From contig NIVC01000270.1 in NCBI GenBank assembly GCA_002269645.1, positions 186,001 through 250,000 of the forward strand: a stretch of DNA of 64,000 bases, in the 5' to 3' direction. The notes below the pieces were generated by a model. The model saw only the letters and a list, made by a program, of their open reading frames with translations, did no database searches and had not been told where the DNA came from. Of this stretch, positions 25,401-37,174 are shown piece after piece. Numbering within the stretch: position 1 is the first letter of the stretch; each line of letters starts with the position of its first letter. This DNA is from Macrostomum lignano. Taxonomy: Eukaryota. Made by a program: the position numbers and the translations under genes.

Positions 25401-28400
25401 CAGATCCCATGGATAAAGGACACAGATCCCATGGATAAAGGACACAGATCCCATGGATAAAGGACACAGATCCCATGGATAAAAGACACAGATCCCATGG
25501 ATAAAGGACACAAATGCCATGGATAAAAGACACACACAAGAAAAAAAATTAAAACCCGATAAAATCCGCATACCTACAAGCCTTACGCCCCCATATTTAA
25601 GCTACAGACCAGCAAACAATTCAGCCAAGCAAAAAGCTGGCGCCTCACCCGCAGCCCAACAACATCGCACAGCAGTTGCAACAGGCGACTCTCAGCCAGG
25701 GCGGTGGGCGCAGCCTCCCTGGCATTGATTAGCTTGCCCTGCAGTGCCAACACGCCGATCCGATCTCGGCCACCGGGAACCGCAGCCGCTCCGGCCACGG
25801 CCAGCGCCTTGGCTGAGTCGCCCTCAGTCAGTACCAGGACGCAGTCGTTGCCGCGCCCGACGCCTGAAGCTACTAGATTGGCGTGCTGCAGTTTGCCAGC
25901 AGCGGCAGCAGCAGCGGCGGCCACCTTAGCACCCGAGGCTGCTGCCGAAGCTTCAGCCAAAGATTTCTCGCGACTTCTATTCGATGCGGAATCAGCAGCA
26001 GCGGCAAGCATGGAGCTGCAAACGGCCTGACCGACGCTGCCCCGCTTGCCAACGTCGGCCAGAACGCTGATAAAACTGCCGCCTTTGATCAGCTCCTCCG
26101 GCACGGCGGCAGCGGCGCCGAATTTCGACGCCGGCAAAGTGAGCCGGCGCTTCGCCTGCGATTCGAAACTGGGATTGTCAACTCGGCAGCTGCAGAATAG
26201 CCAGAGACGCCGGCGAACCTGTCAAGGGGAGAAATGCGAGTTATTGTTGTCATGGCGCTGTGCATTAATTCGTGCAGAGCTCTACAAGCAATATTTCATG
26301 TCGAAAATAAGTACAATAATTTTTTCACTGAATTTGGGCCCTAACTTGAAGAAAACAGACAGAGGGGGAATAAAATAGGCTGGGATCCCAGAGGAATAAT
26401 GATGGATTAATGATCAGGGATCCCATTTCCGTAGGAATAAAATTGACAGTCACCCAAAAGAAGAAATAAAATGGACAGGAATCCAGGGGGGGGGGGAAAA
26501 AAGGACAGGAATCCCAGGGGGGAATAAAATGGACAGGAATCCCAGGGGGGGGGGGAATAAAATGGACAGGAATACCAGGGGGGAATAAAATGAACAGGAA
26601 TCCCAGGGGGATGAAATGAAGACAGATCCTAGGGGGAAAGGACAGGGATCCCAGGGGGGAATAAAATGGACAGGAATCCCAGGGGGGGAAATGGACAGGA
26701 ATCCCAGGGGGGAATAAAATGGACAGGAATCCCAGGGGGAATATAATGGACAGGAATCCCAGGGGGAATAAAATGGACAGGAATCCCAGGGGGAATAAAA
26801 TGGACAGGAATCCCAGGGGGAATAAAATGGACAGGAATCCCAGGGGGGATAAAATGGACAGGAATCCCAGGGGGGATAAAATGGACAGGAATCCCAGGGG
26901 AAATAAAATTGACAGGAATCCCAGGGGGTGATAAATTGGACAGGAATCCCAGGGGGTGATAAAATGGACAGGAATCCCAGGGGGAAATAAAATGGACAGG
27001 AATCCCAGGGGAAATAAAATGGACAGGAATCCCAGGGGGTGATAAAATGGACAGGAATCCCAGGGGGCGATAAAATGGACAGGAATCCCAGGGGAAATAA
27101 AATGGACAGGAATCCCAGGGGGGTGATAAAATGGACAGGAATCCCAGGGGAAATAAAATTGACAGAAATCCCAGGGGGTGATAAATTGGACAGGAATCCC
27201 AGGGGGTGATAAAATGGACAGGAATCCCAGGGGGAAATAAAATGGACAGGAATCCCAGGGGAAATAAAATGGACAGGAATCCCAGGGGGTGATAAAATGG
27301 ACAGGAATCCCAGGGGGTGATAAAATGGACAGGAATCCCAGGGGAAATAAAATGGACAGGAATCCCAGGGGGTGATAAATGAAAAGGAATCCCAGGGTCA
27401 GGTAAAGTGGCTCGCTTGATGAAGAGTAGATAAATAAAGGTAAATATCAACATGAAGTTAGTTATTTATTTATTTGAGTTGCCGATGCATTTCGTCCATT
27501 TGCATTACGACATCGTCAGGGTCTTTTAACTAAACGAAAAACTAAACGACACTTATACACGAGGGTCAGAGAGCACTGGCTAAAAAACTCTGCTATTAAC
27601 GAACACCTGCTAACCTGCAATTCCTGTTGTGAGGCTGAACCACACGAAATGATAAAGGCTATTGATTTTTGTAATAGAGATCACAGGCTGTGCCTATTAG
27701 AAGCCCTGTACATTAAGACCAAACAGCCCACGTTAAATAACCAACTTGCGATGGGTGGGGCTAGCCGTCAACTCAGAATTTTTTAGCTGATTTGTCAATG
27801 ACCGGACTGGCTTGAAACTGATATATGCACTTTACCCAACCAATACTGTATCAAAAATTTGATTACTATGTACAAGTTTTAAACCATCAATTAAAAACTC
27901 AATTCAACTACTCTTGTTACTCTCAACTATCTATATATACTGAATATTTGTTCAAATTGTTTCTCAATAAAAAGACCCTGACGATGTCCTAATGCAAATG
28001 GACGAAATGCATCGGCAACTCAAATAAATAAATAACTAACTTCATGTTGATATTTACCTTTATTTATCGAATCCCAGGGTGGGTGAATAAAATGGAAAGG
28101 AATCCCAGGGTGGGTGAATAAAATGGAAAGGAATCCCAGGGGTAATAAAATGGACAGGAATCCCAGGGGAAATAAGATGGACAGGAATCCCAGGGGGAAT
28201 AAAATGGACAGGAATCCCAGGGGGAATAAAATGGACAGGAATCCCAGGGGTAATAAAATGGACAGGAATCCCAGGGGAAATAAAATGGACAGGAATCCCA
28301 GGGGAAATAAAATGGACAGGAATCCCAGGGGGGAATAAAATGGACAGGAATCCCAGGGGAAATAAAATGGACAGGAATCCCAGGGGGAATAAAATGGACA

Positions 28401-30960
28401 GGAATCCCAGGGGGGGGGATAAAATGGACAGGAATCCCAGGGGGATGAAATGAAGACAGATCCCAGGGGAAAGGACAGGGATCCCAGGGGGGGGGGGGGT
28501 AAACAACGGACAGAACTGCCACAGGACACATTACTAAAGTGCCTAAGCTACCTGTGAAGGCTTCACAGCCGGAAAGGCATCGATAAGCCGTCGCCGCCGC
28601 TTTCCAAGCGCTGTGGAATTTCTCAGCGAAGCATCGACAGCTTCGGTCAGCGGCCGCAGCAGCCGGTCGCACAGCAGCTCAACGTGCCGACCGCCAGCCG
28701 GAGTTGCTATGGCATTAACAAAGCTCACGTGACGAAACCCGTAATTAGCGTCGACAAGCTCGTCATTAGAATCGACACCGCCGCCGCCCCCGGACGCGCA
28801 GGCGGCCACCAGCCATCGCTGATTGGCGGCGCTAACCAGCAGGCTGCCAGGCGGAGCGTACATTTCACAGTAGTGCCGGAAACTTCTCACCGGCACCTGT
28901 TGGCCGTTAAAGTACACGCGCACTCCCGGGCAGGTGGCGGCCAGATCGTAGGCTCTGCGTTGAATCAATGCGACAAGGTCGGCGTCCAGGCTGGTCGACC
29001 CGAATCTGGCCAAGTCGGGCTTGAATGTTACTCGGGTGTAGTCTGGACCGCCGTTGGCTGCTTGCACCTGCGGCAGGGTGGGATGGGTGTTGGGACAATC
29101 TATGGTATAATATAACGGTACAAATTAGCTGCTAAAATCTCGCCTAGTTATCAGCAAAAATAAACACAAAATCTCGCCTAGTTATCAGCAAAAATAAACA
29201 CAAAATCTCGCCTAGTTATCAGCAAAAATAAACACAAAATCTCGTCTAATTATCAGCAACAACAAACACAAACTCTCACCCAGTTATCAGCAAAAATAAA
29301 CACAAAATCTCACCCAGTTATCAGCAAAAATAAACACAAAATCTCACCCAGTTATCAGCAAAAATAAACACAAAATCTCACCCAGTTATCAGCAAAAATA
29401 AACACAAAATCTCACCCAGTTATCAGTAAAAATAAACACAAAATCTCACCTAGTTATCAGCAAAAATAAACACAAAATCTCGCCTAGTTATCAGCAAAAA
29501 TAAACACAAAATCTCGTCTAATTATCAGCAACAACAAACACAAACTCTCACCCAGTTATCAGCAAAAATAAACACAAAATCTCACCCAGTTATCAGCAAA
29601 AATAAACACAAAATCTCACCCAGTTATCAGCAAAAATAAACACAAAATCTCACCCAGTTATCAGCAAAAATAAACACAAAATCTCACCCAGTTATCAGTA
29701 AAAATAAACACAAAATCTCACCCAGTTATCAGCAAAAATAAACACAAAATCTCACTGAAACAAGATATACAATAAACACAAAATCTCACTGAAATAAGCT
29801 ACAATAAACACAAAATCTCACTGAAAAACGCTACAATAAACAGAATATCACCCAATTATGAGCAACAATAACTCCAAGCGACACTGCAACTCACCGCAGG
29901 CTCCCCAGCCACTGTCATATTGTCTCTCCAAGCCTGCCGAAACTCCAGGCCGGTCTGGCCGCTCCGAGTCTCCACAGAGAACTCCTTGCTAAACACGTTG
30001 GCCAGCTTCGCCCCGAATCCGTTCCGCCCACCCGTGGTAGCCTTGACCGAGTCGTCGAAATTGCTGGAAGTTAACAGCCGGCCAAATAGCAGGCTAGGCA
30101 CGTACCGGCTGTCAGGATCGTCAGGGTGTACAGCAACTGGGACGCCGCGGCCGTTGTTCCAGACTTCCACTGTGCCAGTCGTCGAGTCCACGGCGATGCG
30201 AATGTCCTTAGTGCCGGCCGGATCTCGCTGCCAGTTATCCGCCGCGTTCACAATAATCTCGTCACAGATCCGGTACAGGCCGGGCGAGTAGCACAGCTCA
30301 CGCTCGGACATCCGATCGCCGCAGCTGTCCGGCCGCAGTGTCCAGGCCAGCTGTTTGGCCGGCTCGATAGAACCAATGTAGGCGTCCGGGCGCAATAGCA
30401 TGTGCTCAGTGGGCGACTTCAGCTGGGTTTGGGAGAGCAGGGATAAGGGGTGTGTGGGTGTTGTTACAGATAGATAGACTAGCTGACAGACACAGACAGA
30501 CATACAGACAGACACAGACACTAAGACAGACAGACACTAAGGCACTAAGACAAACAGACAGACACTAAGACACTAAGACAAACAGACAGAAGGACACTAA
30601 TACATAGACAGACACTAAGACACACAGATACTGAGACACTAAGACAAACAGACAGACAGAAAGACATTTTTAAAGGAAACTAAGACTTTAGGACAATTAG
30701 ACACTAAAACAAACAGACAGACTGCCGCCACGCTTTCACCATAAAATATTTCGCTCGCCAGACAAGCGAAAAAATAAAATACACAATACAAACGCACAGC
30801 ACTCACCTGGTAGACCTGTTCCACTGACCGGAGCTGGCTATCATCGCTACTGTCCCAGTTGCCAACGCATCCGCCATTGTGCACTCTTCCACCATAGCCA
30901 GCGGTGCGGAGACATCCCAGCCGTAGCAAACTTGCTCTTCCCCCAAATAGTGCATAATAC
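19490..30960 (-). CDS. TOP2: Divergent type IIA DNA topoisomerase, ~1260 aa, no C-terminal regulatory domain. Exons (minus): 30807..30960, 29895..30422, 28552..29067, 25649..26218, 23163..23656, 21745..22263, 20511..21004 (1-nt frameshift at ~20808), 19490..20009; start codon not located
   Basis: SVEQVYQ|[18 protein letters not shown]; [10 protein letters not shown]; SSNFDD...[15 protein letters not shown]; FESQAK; TEGDSAKA; IMSDQDTDG; KYYKGLG; [17 protein letters not shown]; AYRHGD; [13 protein letters not shown] (catalytic Tyr); [10 protein letters not shown]; ITELPVRVW. All junctions are GT-AG and phase-consistent. Confidence 0.92.
20078..20445 (+). repeat. 14-bp minisatellite AGTTGCCAGCCAAC in the last Top2 intron
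   Basis: Read directly. Confidence 0.95.
21035..21645 (+). repeat. CTGACC-rich run followed by 21-bp minisatellite TGACCCTGTATCAATATGACC (Top2 intron)
   Basis: Read directly. Confidence 0.93.
22430..23010 (+). repeat. 20-21-bp minisatellite GGATTTCTAGGAAAATACTG (Top2 intron)
   Basis: Read directly. Confidence 0.93.
23800..25535 (+). repeat. 22-bp minisatellite GATCCCATGGATAAAGGACACA, ~75 copies, with a recurrent GGGGGCATAAAT variant (Top2 intron)
   Basis: Read directly; source of the 500-600 aa spurious ORFs. Confidence 0.95.
27399..28068 (+). mobile_element. 5'-truncated Penelope-like retroelement: GIY-YIG endonuclease C-terminal fragment (~27529..27786) flanked by ~100-bp inverted copies of the 3' end (27429-27527 and 27969-28068)
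   Basis: Frame 27541 reads [30 protein letters not shown]...[19 protein letters not shown], matching the PLE GIY-YIG tail pattern (R.L..R..EH; SA..EH; LEAL.I....P.LN.Q). The inverted repeat is read directly. gaatcccagggt flanks both sides (27387-27398, 28069-28080). Confidence 0.82.
27971..28020 (+). ncRNA. Minimal type-I hammerhead-ribozyme-like motif in the Penelope 3' terminal repeat (second, inverted copy at ~27481-27527 on the minus strand)
   Basis: CUGACGA 27978-27984; stem II GUCC/GGAC; GAAA 28004-28007; palindromic stem III AUGCAU; putative cleavage after AUC at 28013. Stem I pairs only ~2 bp, so it may be degenerate. Confidence 0.6.
29135..29850 (+). repeat. 34-bp minisatellite AGTTATCAGCAAAAATAAACACAAAATCTCACCC (Top2 intron)
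   Basis: Read directly. Confidence 0.93.
30470..30722 (+). repeat. Degenerate (AGAC)n/ACTAAGAC microsatellite in the first identified Top2 intron
   Basis: Read directly. Confidence 0.85.
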
Positions 30961-32257
30961 CTGTCATATTAGCCAGTCCAGGTGTGAGAAGGGGTTAGCA
31001 AAATTTAATAGTAATTGCATAATATAACCTTAGATTTATAGCCGAACTTTAAATATCAGGTGTTTTTTAATGCTACTCATGTTCCATGCTACTCATGTTG
31101 AAATAAGTAGTTTAAACTTTAAAGCACAATGCAACAAATATTTGAATATGATTACAAAAACTTAGTAACCCACCTGGTCCTGTTGTACCTCTGCAACAGT
31201 GAACTAATCATTGCATATTGAATACAGTTAAACTTTGTGCCTCTTTAGTAGCATCTGGAAATAAGTATTAATAGAATTATAGCAAAATAATTCATATTGA
31301 AAAATGTGAGTTTGAACTGAATAATTAGTTTGGATTAATTAGCATAAAGCACAAAATGCTATACATATGATTTTTACTATCAATACCATAAGTATTAGCA
31401 AATTTTAGCATATACTTTATAATGGCTTAGTGGTACTTGCTAAATCAATTTTTTTTATGTGGTAAAGATAAGTCTAGCTAGATTCTAGACATTTTATAAC
31501 AATTTAACTTAGACAATAGATTTACTTGACAACATTTGATGCATATTTTAGCAATATTATAGTTAATAAATAAATTTGTCAATGGATAAATTGCTTACCA
31601 TTCTGTTTATTCTATTTATCATAGGCCTAACCAAGAAGGCTCTTTTGATATAACAAGGTTGCATTTTCATAAAAAAACTATAGATAAAATTTAGGAGATT
31701 GTGCATATATAATAAATTAAATATCTACTAATACTAAAGCTGACACAATGTTTGTCTATTCGTTTGTTGCAATCTTATATAAATATAGTACAATAAATCA
31801 GTATACACAAGTTGTACAAAATAATTTTGCAAATATGTTGCAAGAAGGCTCTTCAGAGACAAGTAACAAGGTTGCATTTTCATAGAAAACTTATTGCATT
31901 GGCTAGATAAAATTTAGGAGATTGTGCATATATGTAATAAATGAAATATCTTATATAAATATAGTACAATAAATCAGCATACATAAATCTATAAAGTGCT
32001 TTTAATTATACTTGCAAATATAGCAATTTTATAAAATATAATTATTTGTTATATTGCTATAACTTTAGCCTTTGTCTAAGCCTAGCCCATAGTCAAGAAA
32101 GTGGCATTTTAATAGAATTTTTAGTACAAAAAGTATAGTATAGTATCAATATACATTGTGCCTTATATCTTTAATAAAGTATTTATTGGCTGCTTTGTAC
32201 AAAAAACCAACAAATTATAATAATATGTATTATATCATTTATATTATGCCTAATATA

Positions 32258-34494
32258 CGAGGGGCGTCCGGAAAGTAGTGTTACTTTTGCTTGGTGTGGA
32301 CGTATGGACAGTCACACTTGCATGTGCTTGGTGTCATTTGAAAGCGGCAAGTCTCTTCTTTAAAATGACACTAATTGCAAGATATTTGAATATGTGCTTC
32401 AAGAGATATGGACGATTAAGTAGAGAAAGGTCAGTCATAGACTTACAGAACCTCAAAAATGTCAATAGAAAACTTTTATGAGTTTATCGATTTTTTTGTA
32501 ATCATGGGCTGTCTATGGCCAAATGTGATGCAGTGAACAAGAAGGGCTGTCTCATAAAACTACGGGACTTGTAAAACTGCTTCTGCTGCGCCTGCAAAGT
32601 TTATTGACATTCAATTTTCAATTGTGAACTGCAAATGGATGTGCATTCAAAGACTGGGCAGCGACATGCCATCTTTACACTTTGGAGCTCTGGAACCAAA
32701 TTGGCTGACATCCACAGGCAACTTTGCACAGCTCATGGCGACCATGCTGTCAGCAAGATGACAGTAAGCAGGTGGGTGGGCGAGTTTCAGGCTGGAAGAA
32801 CTGACGTGAGCGACATGCCAAGGTCCGGACGCCCTGCAATTCGCGACAGCAGCAGCCTGACGGATCGCATTCTCGACTTGATTGATGAAGACTGCTGCCA
32901 GAGCATTCGCAAAATGGCCGATCGATTGGATTGCCCAAAGTCCACAGTTCACGAGTGCCTGCAGAAGATGAATCACGTCAAGCTGAGTGCCCGTTGGGTA
33001 CCACAATTGCTCACTGAGGTCATGAAGCTGGATCGCCAGCAGAAATGTGTGAACAACCTGGAGCTAGTCAATCAACATGGAGGATGGGAAGCCTTTCGAG
33101 AGCTGATCGTAACTGGCGACGAGACATGGGTGCCATACTTTGACCCTCCAACGAAGCAATAGTCAATGGTTTGGACCATCAGGGGATCTGATCCACCAAT
33201 GAAAGCTCGCCGAGACCGGCACAGCAACAAAGTCATGCTGACTCTCTTTTTTGATTGCAATGGCCCACTGACCATCGAGTTCCTGGAGCCAAACTTGACC
33301 ATCAATGCTGACCGGTATGTGACCTCCCTGACAAAACTGAAGTAAGACATCTGCAACAAAAGACGGGGGAAAGAAAGACCCCATATCCTCCACCACGACA
33401 ATGCGAGGCCGCATACTGCTGCAAAGACCATGCAAGCAATTGACCAACTGAACTTTGAGTTGCTTCCTCACCCTCCATATTCTCCTGACCTGGCACCTGC
33501 GGACTTCGCCTTGTTTCCTGAGTTAAAGCGACAGCTTCGAGGGCGAGTTCACAACAGTCGTGATCACTTGGAGAGTGAGGTCAGGAGGATCTTGCTGCAC
33601 CAGATCCCAAGAAATGTGTATGCAAATGCCATCGACAAGATGCGAGACCGATGGGAGAAGTGCATCATGTCTCATGGTAACTACATTGAGAAGACAAGTC
33701 TACCAACCAATGAATGATTTTAATGTTGTTCGCTTGTATGATAATTTGCTTGTTATCTGTTTCACCTGCTTCTGTACTGTACTATTGTGTTTTTTGTTTT
33801 TTCTGGAGTAATTACGCTTGTAATAAAAGTTTTCTGTTGACATTTTTGAGGTTCTGTAAGTCTATGACTGACCTTTCTCTACTTAATCGCCCATATCTCT
33901 TGAAGCACAGATTCAAATCTCTTGCAATTGGTGTCATTTTAAAGAAGAGACTTGCCGCTTTCAAATTGAAACGAAAAATTATATGGGTTTTCCCATATTA
34001 TCGTTTCCTTCTGCCAACAGTTCAGGAAGACAACGAACAATGGACCTGATGGTAACTTTCTCTGTGTGATCTCTAGAGTCACATTCTCAAACTTCAGGCA
34101 AGGATCTTTCCTCTTCAATCAGTATATTTTATAAGCTAGCACACTGTACGCGAGCAACGAGGAATAGGAGCAGTAGGGAGAGAGAGTGGGATTTCGAGGC
34201 CCAATAGGCAGTGTCGGTCAGAGGTTGTGCATGCATCACGCGAGGGTCGCATGGCTGGGCTTCTTGCTCGCCGATCATCAGGACTATTTTTAGGCATGCA
34301 GATCTTGTACATCTGGGGAGTTGCTGGCAAGGCTGGATGCTTGTTCACGCATCACGCGCGTGTCGGCTGATTTCTCCCATCCTCTTGCTAACGGCGCCTT
34401 CGTTTCACTTCAAAATGACACCAAGCACATGCAAGTGTGACTGTCCATACGTCCACACCAAGCAAAAGTAACACTACTTTCCGGACGCCCCTCG
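32258..34494 (+). mobile_element. mariner (Tc1/mariner, DD34D) DNA transposon, 2237 bp, TA target duplication
   Basis: TA|CGAGGGGCGTCC...GGACGCCCCTCG|TA. 82-bp outer TIRs at 32258-32339 and 34413-34494, plus inner inverted arms ~32336-32478 and 33824-33966. Confidence 0.95.
32635..33717 (+). pseudogene. mariner transposase pseudogene with two in-frame stops (TAG 33160, TAA 33343)
   Basis: HTH region, WVPQLL, IVTGDETWV, HHDNARPH, HPPYSPDLAPADF (34 residues between the 2nd and 3rd Asp). The reading frame is continuous across both stops. Confidence 0.93.
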
Positions 34495-36288
34495 TAGATA
34501 TTGTTTAGTTAAAATAATTAGAAATCTCTATTTTAAAAAGCCAAATATAGTATATATAGGTGGAGGTCATTTTAGTAATAGACATTTTATGACAAAGTTA
34601 TTTTGGTAACAATTTGCTTCTATTTTAAACATGCTTCAACTTTGGATAAAAAGTTTTTTATTATTACATGTAGATAACTAGGCCTAGACATTATGTTATT
34701 AGACATTATTAGAAAGATTGCAACAATAGAATAAAGAAACTTTTTGTTACAACAATGTAGGACTCTTTTTGTATTATGACATTGTATGTTTTGTAAGCTA
34801 ACAGCTATGTTATACATTGGCTGTAACACAATTTTCTAGCAGATTGTTCTATATACTAGATATTTTAGACCAACCATTTTTGCATCTATTGTATACCCAT
34901 ATTTTCTAGTATATATGTAACACTTAAGAATGGAGGCTTAATGGCTTTGCTTTTAAATGCAAATACTTTGTTTTACTGTATGGCTTATTAACAAATGCAA
35001 TATTCAATATTTTTTTTAAAAATCACAAGTTTTTTTGAACAAATAAAAGCATATAAACATTTTAGAGTTGCTTAAGTTTTCTAGAAATGTGCATGCAAGT
35101 ACACAAGTTTTTGTCAATGTGCATAGACCATAGTCAGGAAAGTGTCTTATAGGCCCTATGCCATAATTTTCCGGCATGCATTAGCCTTGCATAATTCATT
35201 AGCATATATATTTGGCATGTTTAAATCTTAAAAAGTTGTTTTGACATATAAAAAGGTAGTATAAAAAGCAATTTGAAAATAGATGCAAGTATCTTACAGT
35301 TTCTATAACAAAAAGTAGAACATATCAAAGAAAAATGTAAGTAGTTAAGAGATAATGAAAATGCAAACAAAAAATAGAAATTGGATATGATAGTGCTATT
35401 TTAAAGAATTTAGATACTAGAACTTTGAGAAATTGCAAGTTTTTATAAAGGAGTAATAGACACACAATTATTTTGTTACAATGTATATATAAACATTAAA
35501 TATAACAATAGAAAAAGGTCCTCTATTGTTATAATGGAAAAGTGAAGTTGCATCATTTTGATACATATGTAATGAAATTATAGCTTGATTTTGAATATTG
35601 TACTTTATTTGGAATTTCTTATAGTTTTATATAGTATTTATATTATTTTCCATATATATCCCTTATTCTGTAATTGTAGTAGTATATTCTTACATTATGT
35701 ACTTATTTTGTTATTATTTAGTTTATATAAAATATATTCAAATTGGAAAGAGCATTGTGCTGGGACAGTTAGACAGTCTACTTGGGCTACTTGGGCTACT
35801 GGGTTGTGAGTCACCGCTTAGCTTAGCATCTTCTTAATAATAGCAGTCATTGGTATTGTGATTTAGCATTGGAGTCTTAGGTTTATCCAATTTGTTAATA
35901 AAAGCACCCAACTAACTAAGTAGTTATTATAGTTGCGGTCAATTGTTCCAGTGCTCGCTCAGATTATTAATTAGCGTATTGAACTACTTGACTTAACTAC
36001 TTAACTTAAATTACTCAGTTGCTATACTTGTTAATTGACTTTTATTTTTTTTGGAGAAAATAATTGCAACCACACCTATAGTTTCTAACTCTCTATATCC
36101 TATTACAGCATTACACATGCGAGCCCAGCATTTAGAGAAAATTCAAACGAGACCTAAACCAAACCACTTTCTTTACACATATGACATAAGTCAAATTTCC
36201 AAGTTTGGCATACTTGATGTACATCTAAAATTTTGCCCAAAAACTTTTGGCATACACTAGACACTTTCATGTCAATGGTGCATAGAGT

Positions 36289-36981
36289 GGGGTGCCACCG
36301 AATTCGTCAACATTTAATTCATCAACTCTATTGACGAATTTGGCTACCTTAATAGGCACTATTGACGAATTTGGTTATCTGAGTAGGCCTGTCCAATATA
36401 CATGCAGTCTACAAAAATATACTGAAGAAATGAAATTAAAAAAAGATGAAAGCCAATTTCAAAAGTAAAACGAAGGCGAATGCATGGATATACAAACCCA
36501 TGGTTATTTGTGTATTCATTGTTTATGCAAAAATATAAAGTTAAAATTGCAGTTAAAACGAAACAAAAAGAGTTCTTAGAAATGAGATTATTTTTTAGAA
36601 ACAATAAGAGTCTGAATAAGTAAAAAACTAAAATGAAAAAACTAAAAATTGAATGCAGCATGCTGCACCTTTGGAGAAGCTCTACAGATGTCAGCTCCTG
36701 ATCGTCATACCTGCGGTACAGTGATTTCAATCGATCGTCTGTGCATTCTGATGTACGAAGGCTCTTCAATCTTCCAAATATACTATCTTTCTATATACTA
36801 AATATTTAAATTTAAAAGAAATTTACATTATTGAGATACAAAACAACTTTTAGTAATTCTGCCTCATTTTGTTGACGAATTCTCTTAGCTTGTTTTAACT
36901 ATTGACAAATTTGACTTCTTCCAATTTCTCAAATTTTAGGTCTTTTGACGAATTAGATATTGACGAATTCAGTATAACCCC
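36289..36981 (-). mobile_element. Internally deleted TIR element (~690 bp) with a possible MULE-like transposase C-terminal remnant at ~36655-36770
   Basis: GGGGtgccaccGAATTCGTCAA ... TTGACGAATTCagtataaCCCC; repeated subterminal TTGACGAATT; near-TSD atagagt/atagaat. The remnant DDRLKSLYRRYDDQELTSVELLQRCSML resembles MULE C-termini (weak). Confidence 0.6.
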
Positions 36982-37174
36982 ATAGAATGTGTCTAGGATT
37001 TTGTACAAAAATTCTATCCTAAGCCCTAAGGCCTAGGGTAAGCAAAATATCTATAGCCAAAATGATTTAAAGGGAACAACCAGAAGAACATGTATATAAA
37101 TAAGAACAAAAATTCATTTTGATTCATTTTTTAGTTTAGGAACTGGTGCAGTGGCACTAGGGGGTTGCTAGATA

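Larger units (their letters stand above)
26465..28500 (+). repeat. ~26-28-bp minisatellite ATAAAATGGACAGGAATCCCAGGGGG(A), interrupted at 27399-28068 by a Penelope-like insert (Top2 intron)
   Basis: Read directly. Confidence 0.93.

Noticed and set aside
23769-25571. 500-600 aa ORFs in three frames
   Set aside because: 22-bp satellite within a Top2 intron.
30805-30967. ATG-initiated MTGIMHYL...MADALATG frame as the Top2 start
   Set aside because: Out of frame with SVEQVYQ. It would need a further indel; an upstream phase-2 exon fits the acceptor at 30961 without one. Not fully excluded.
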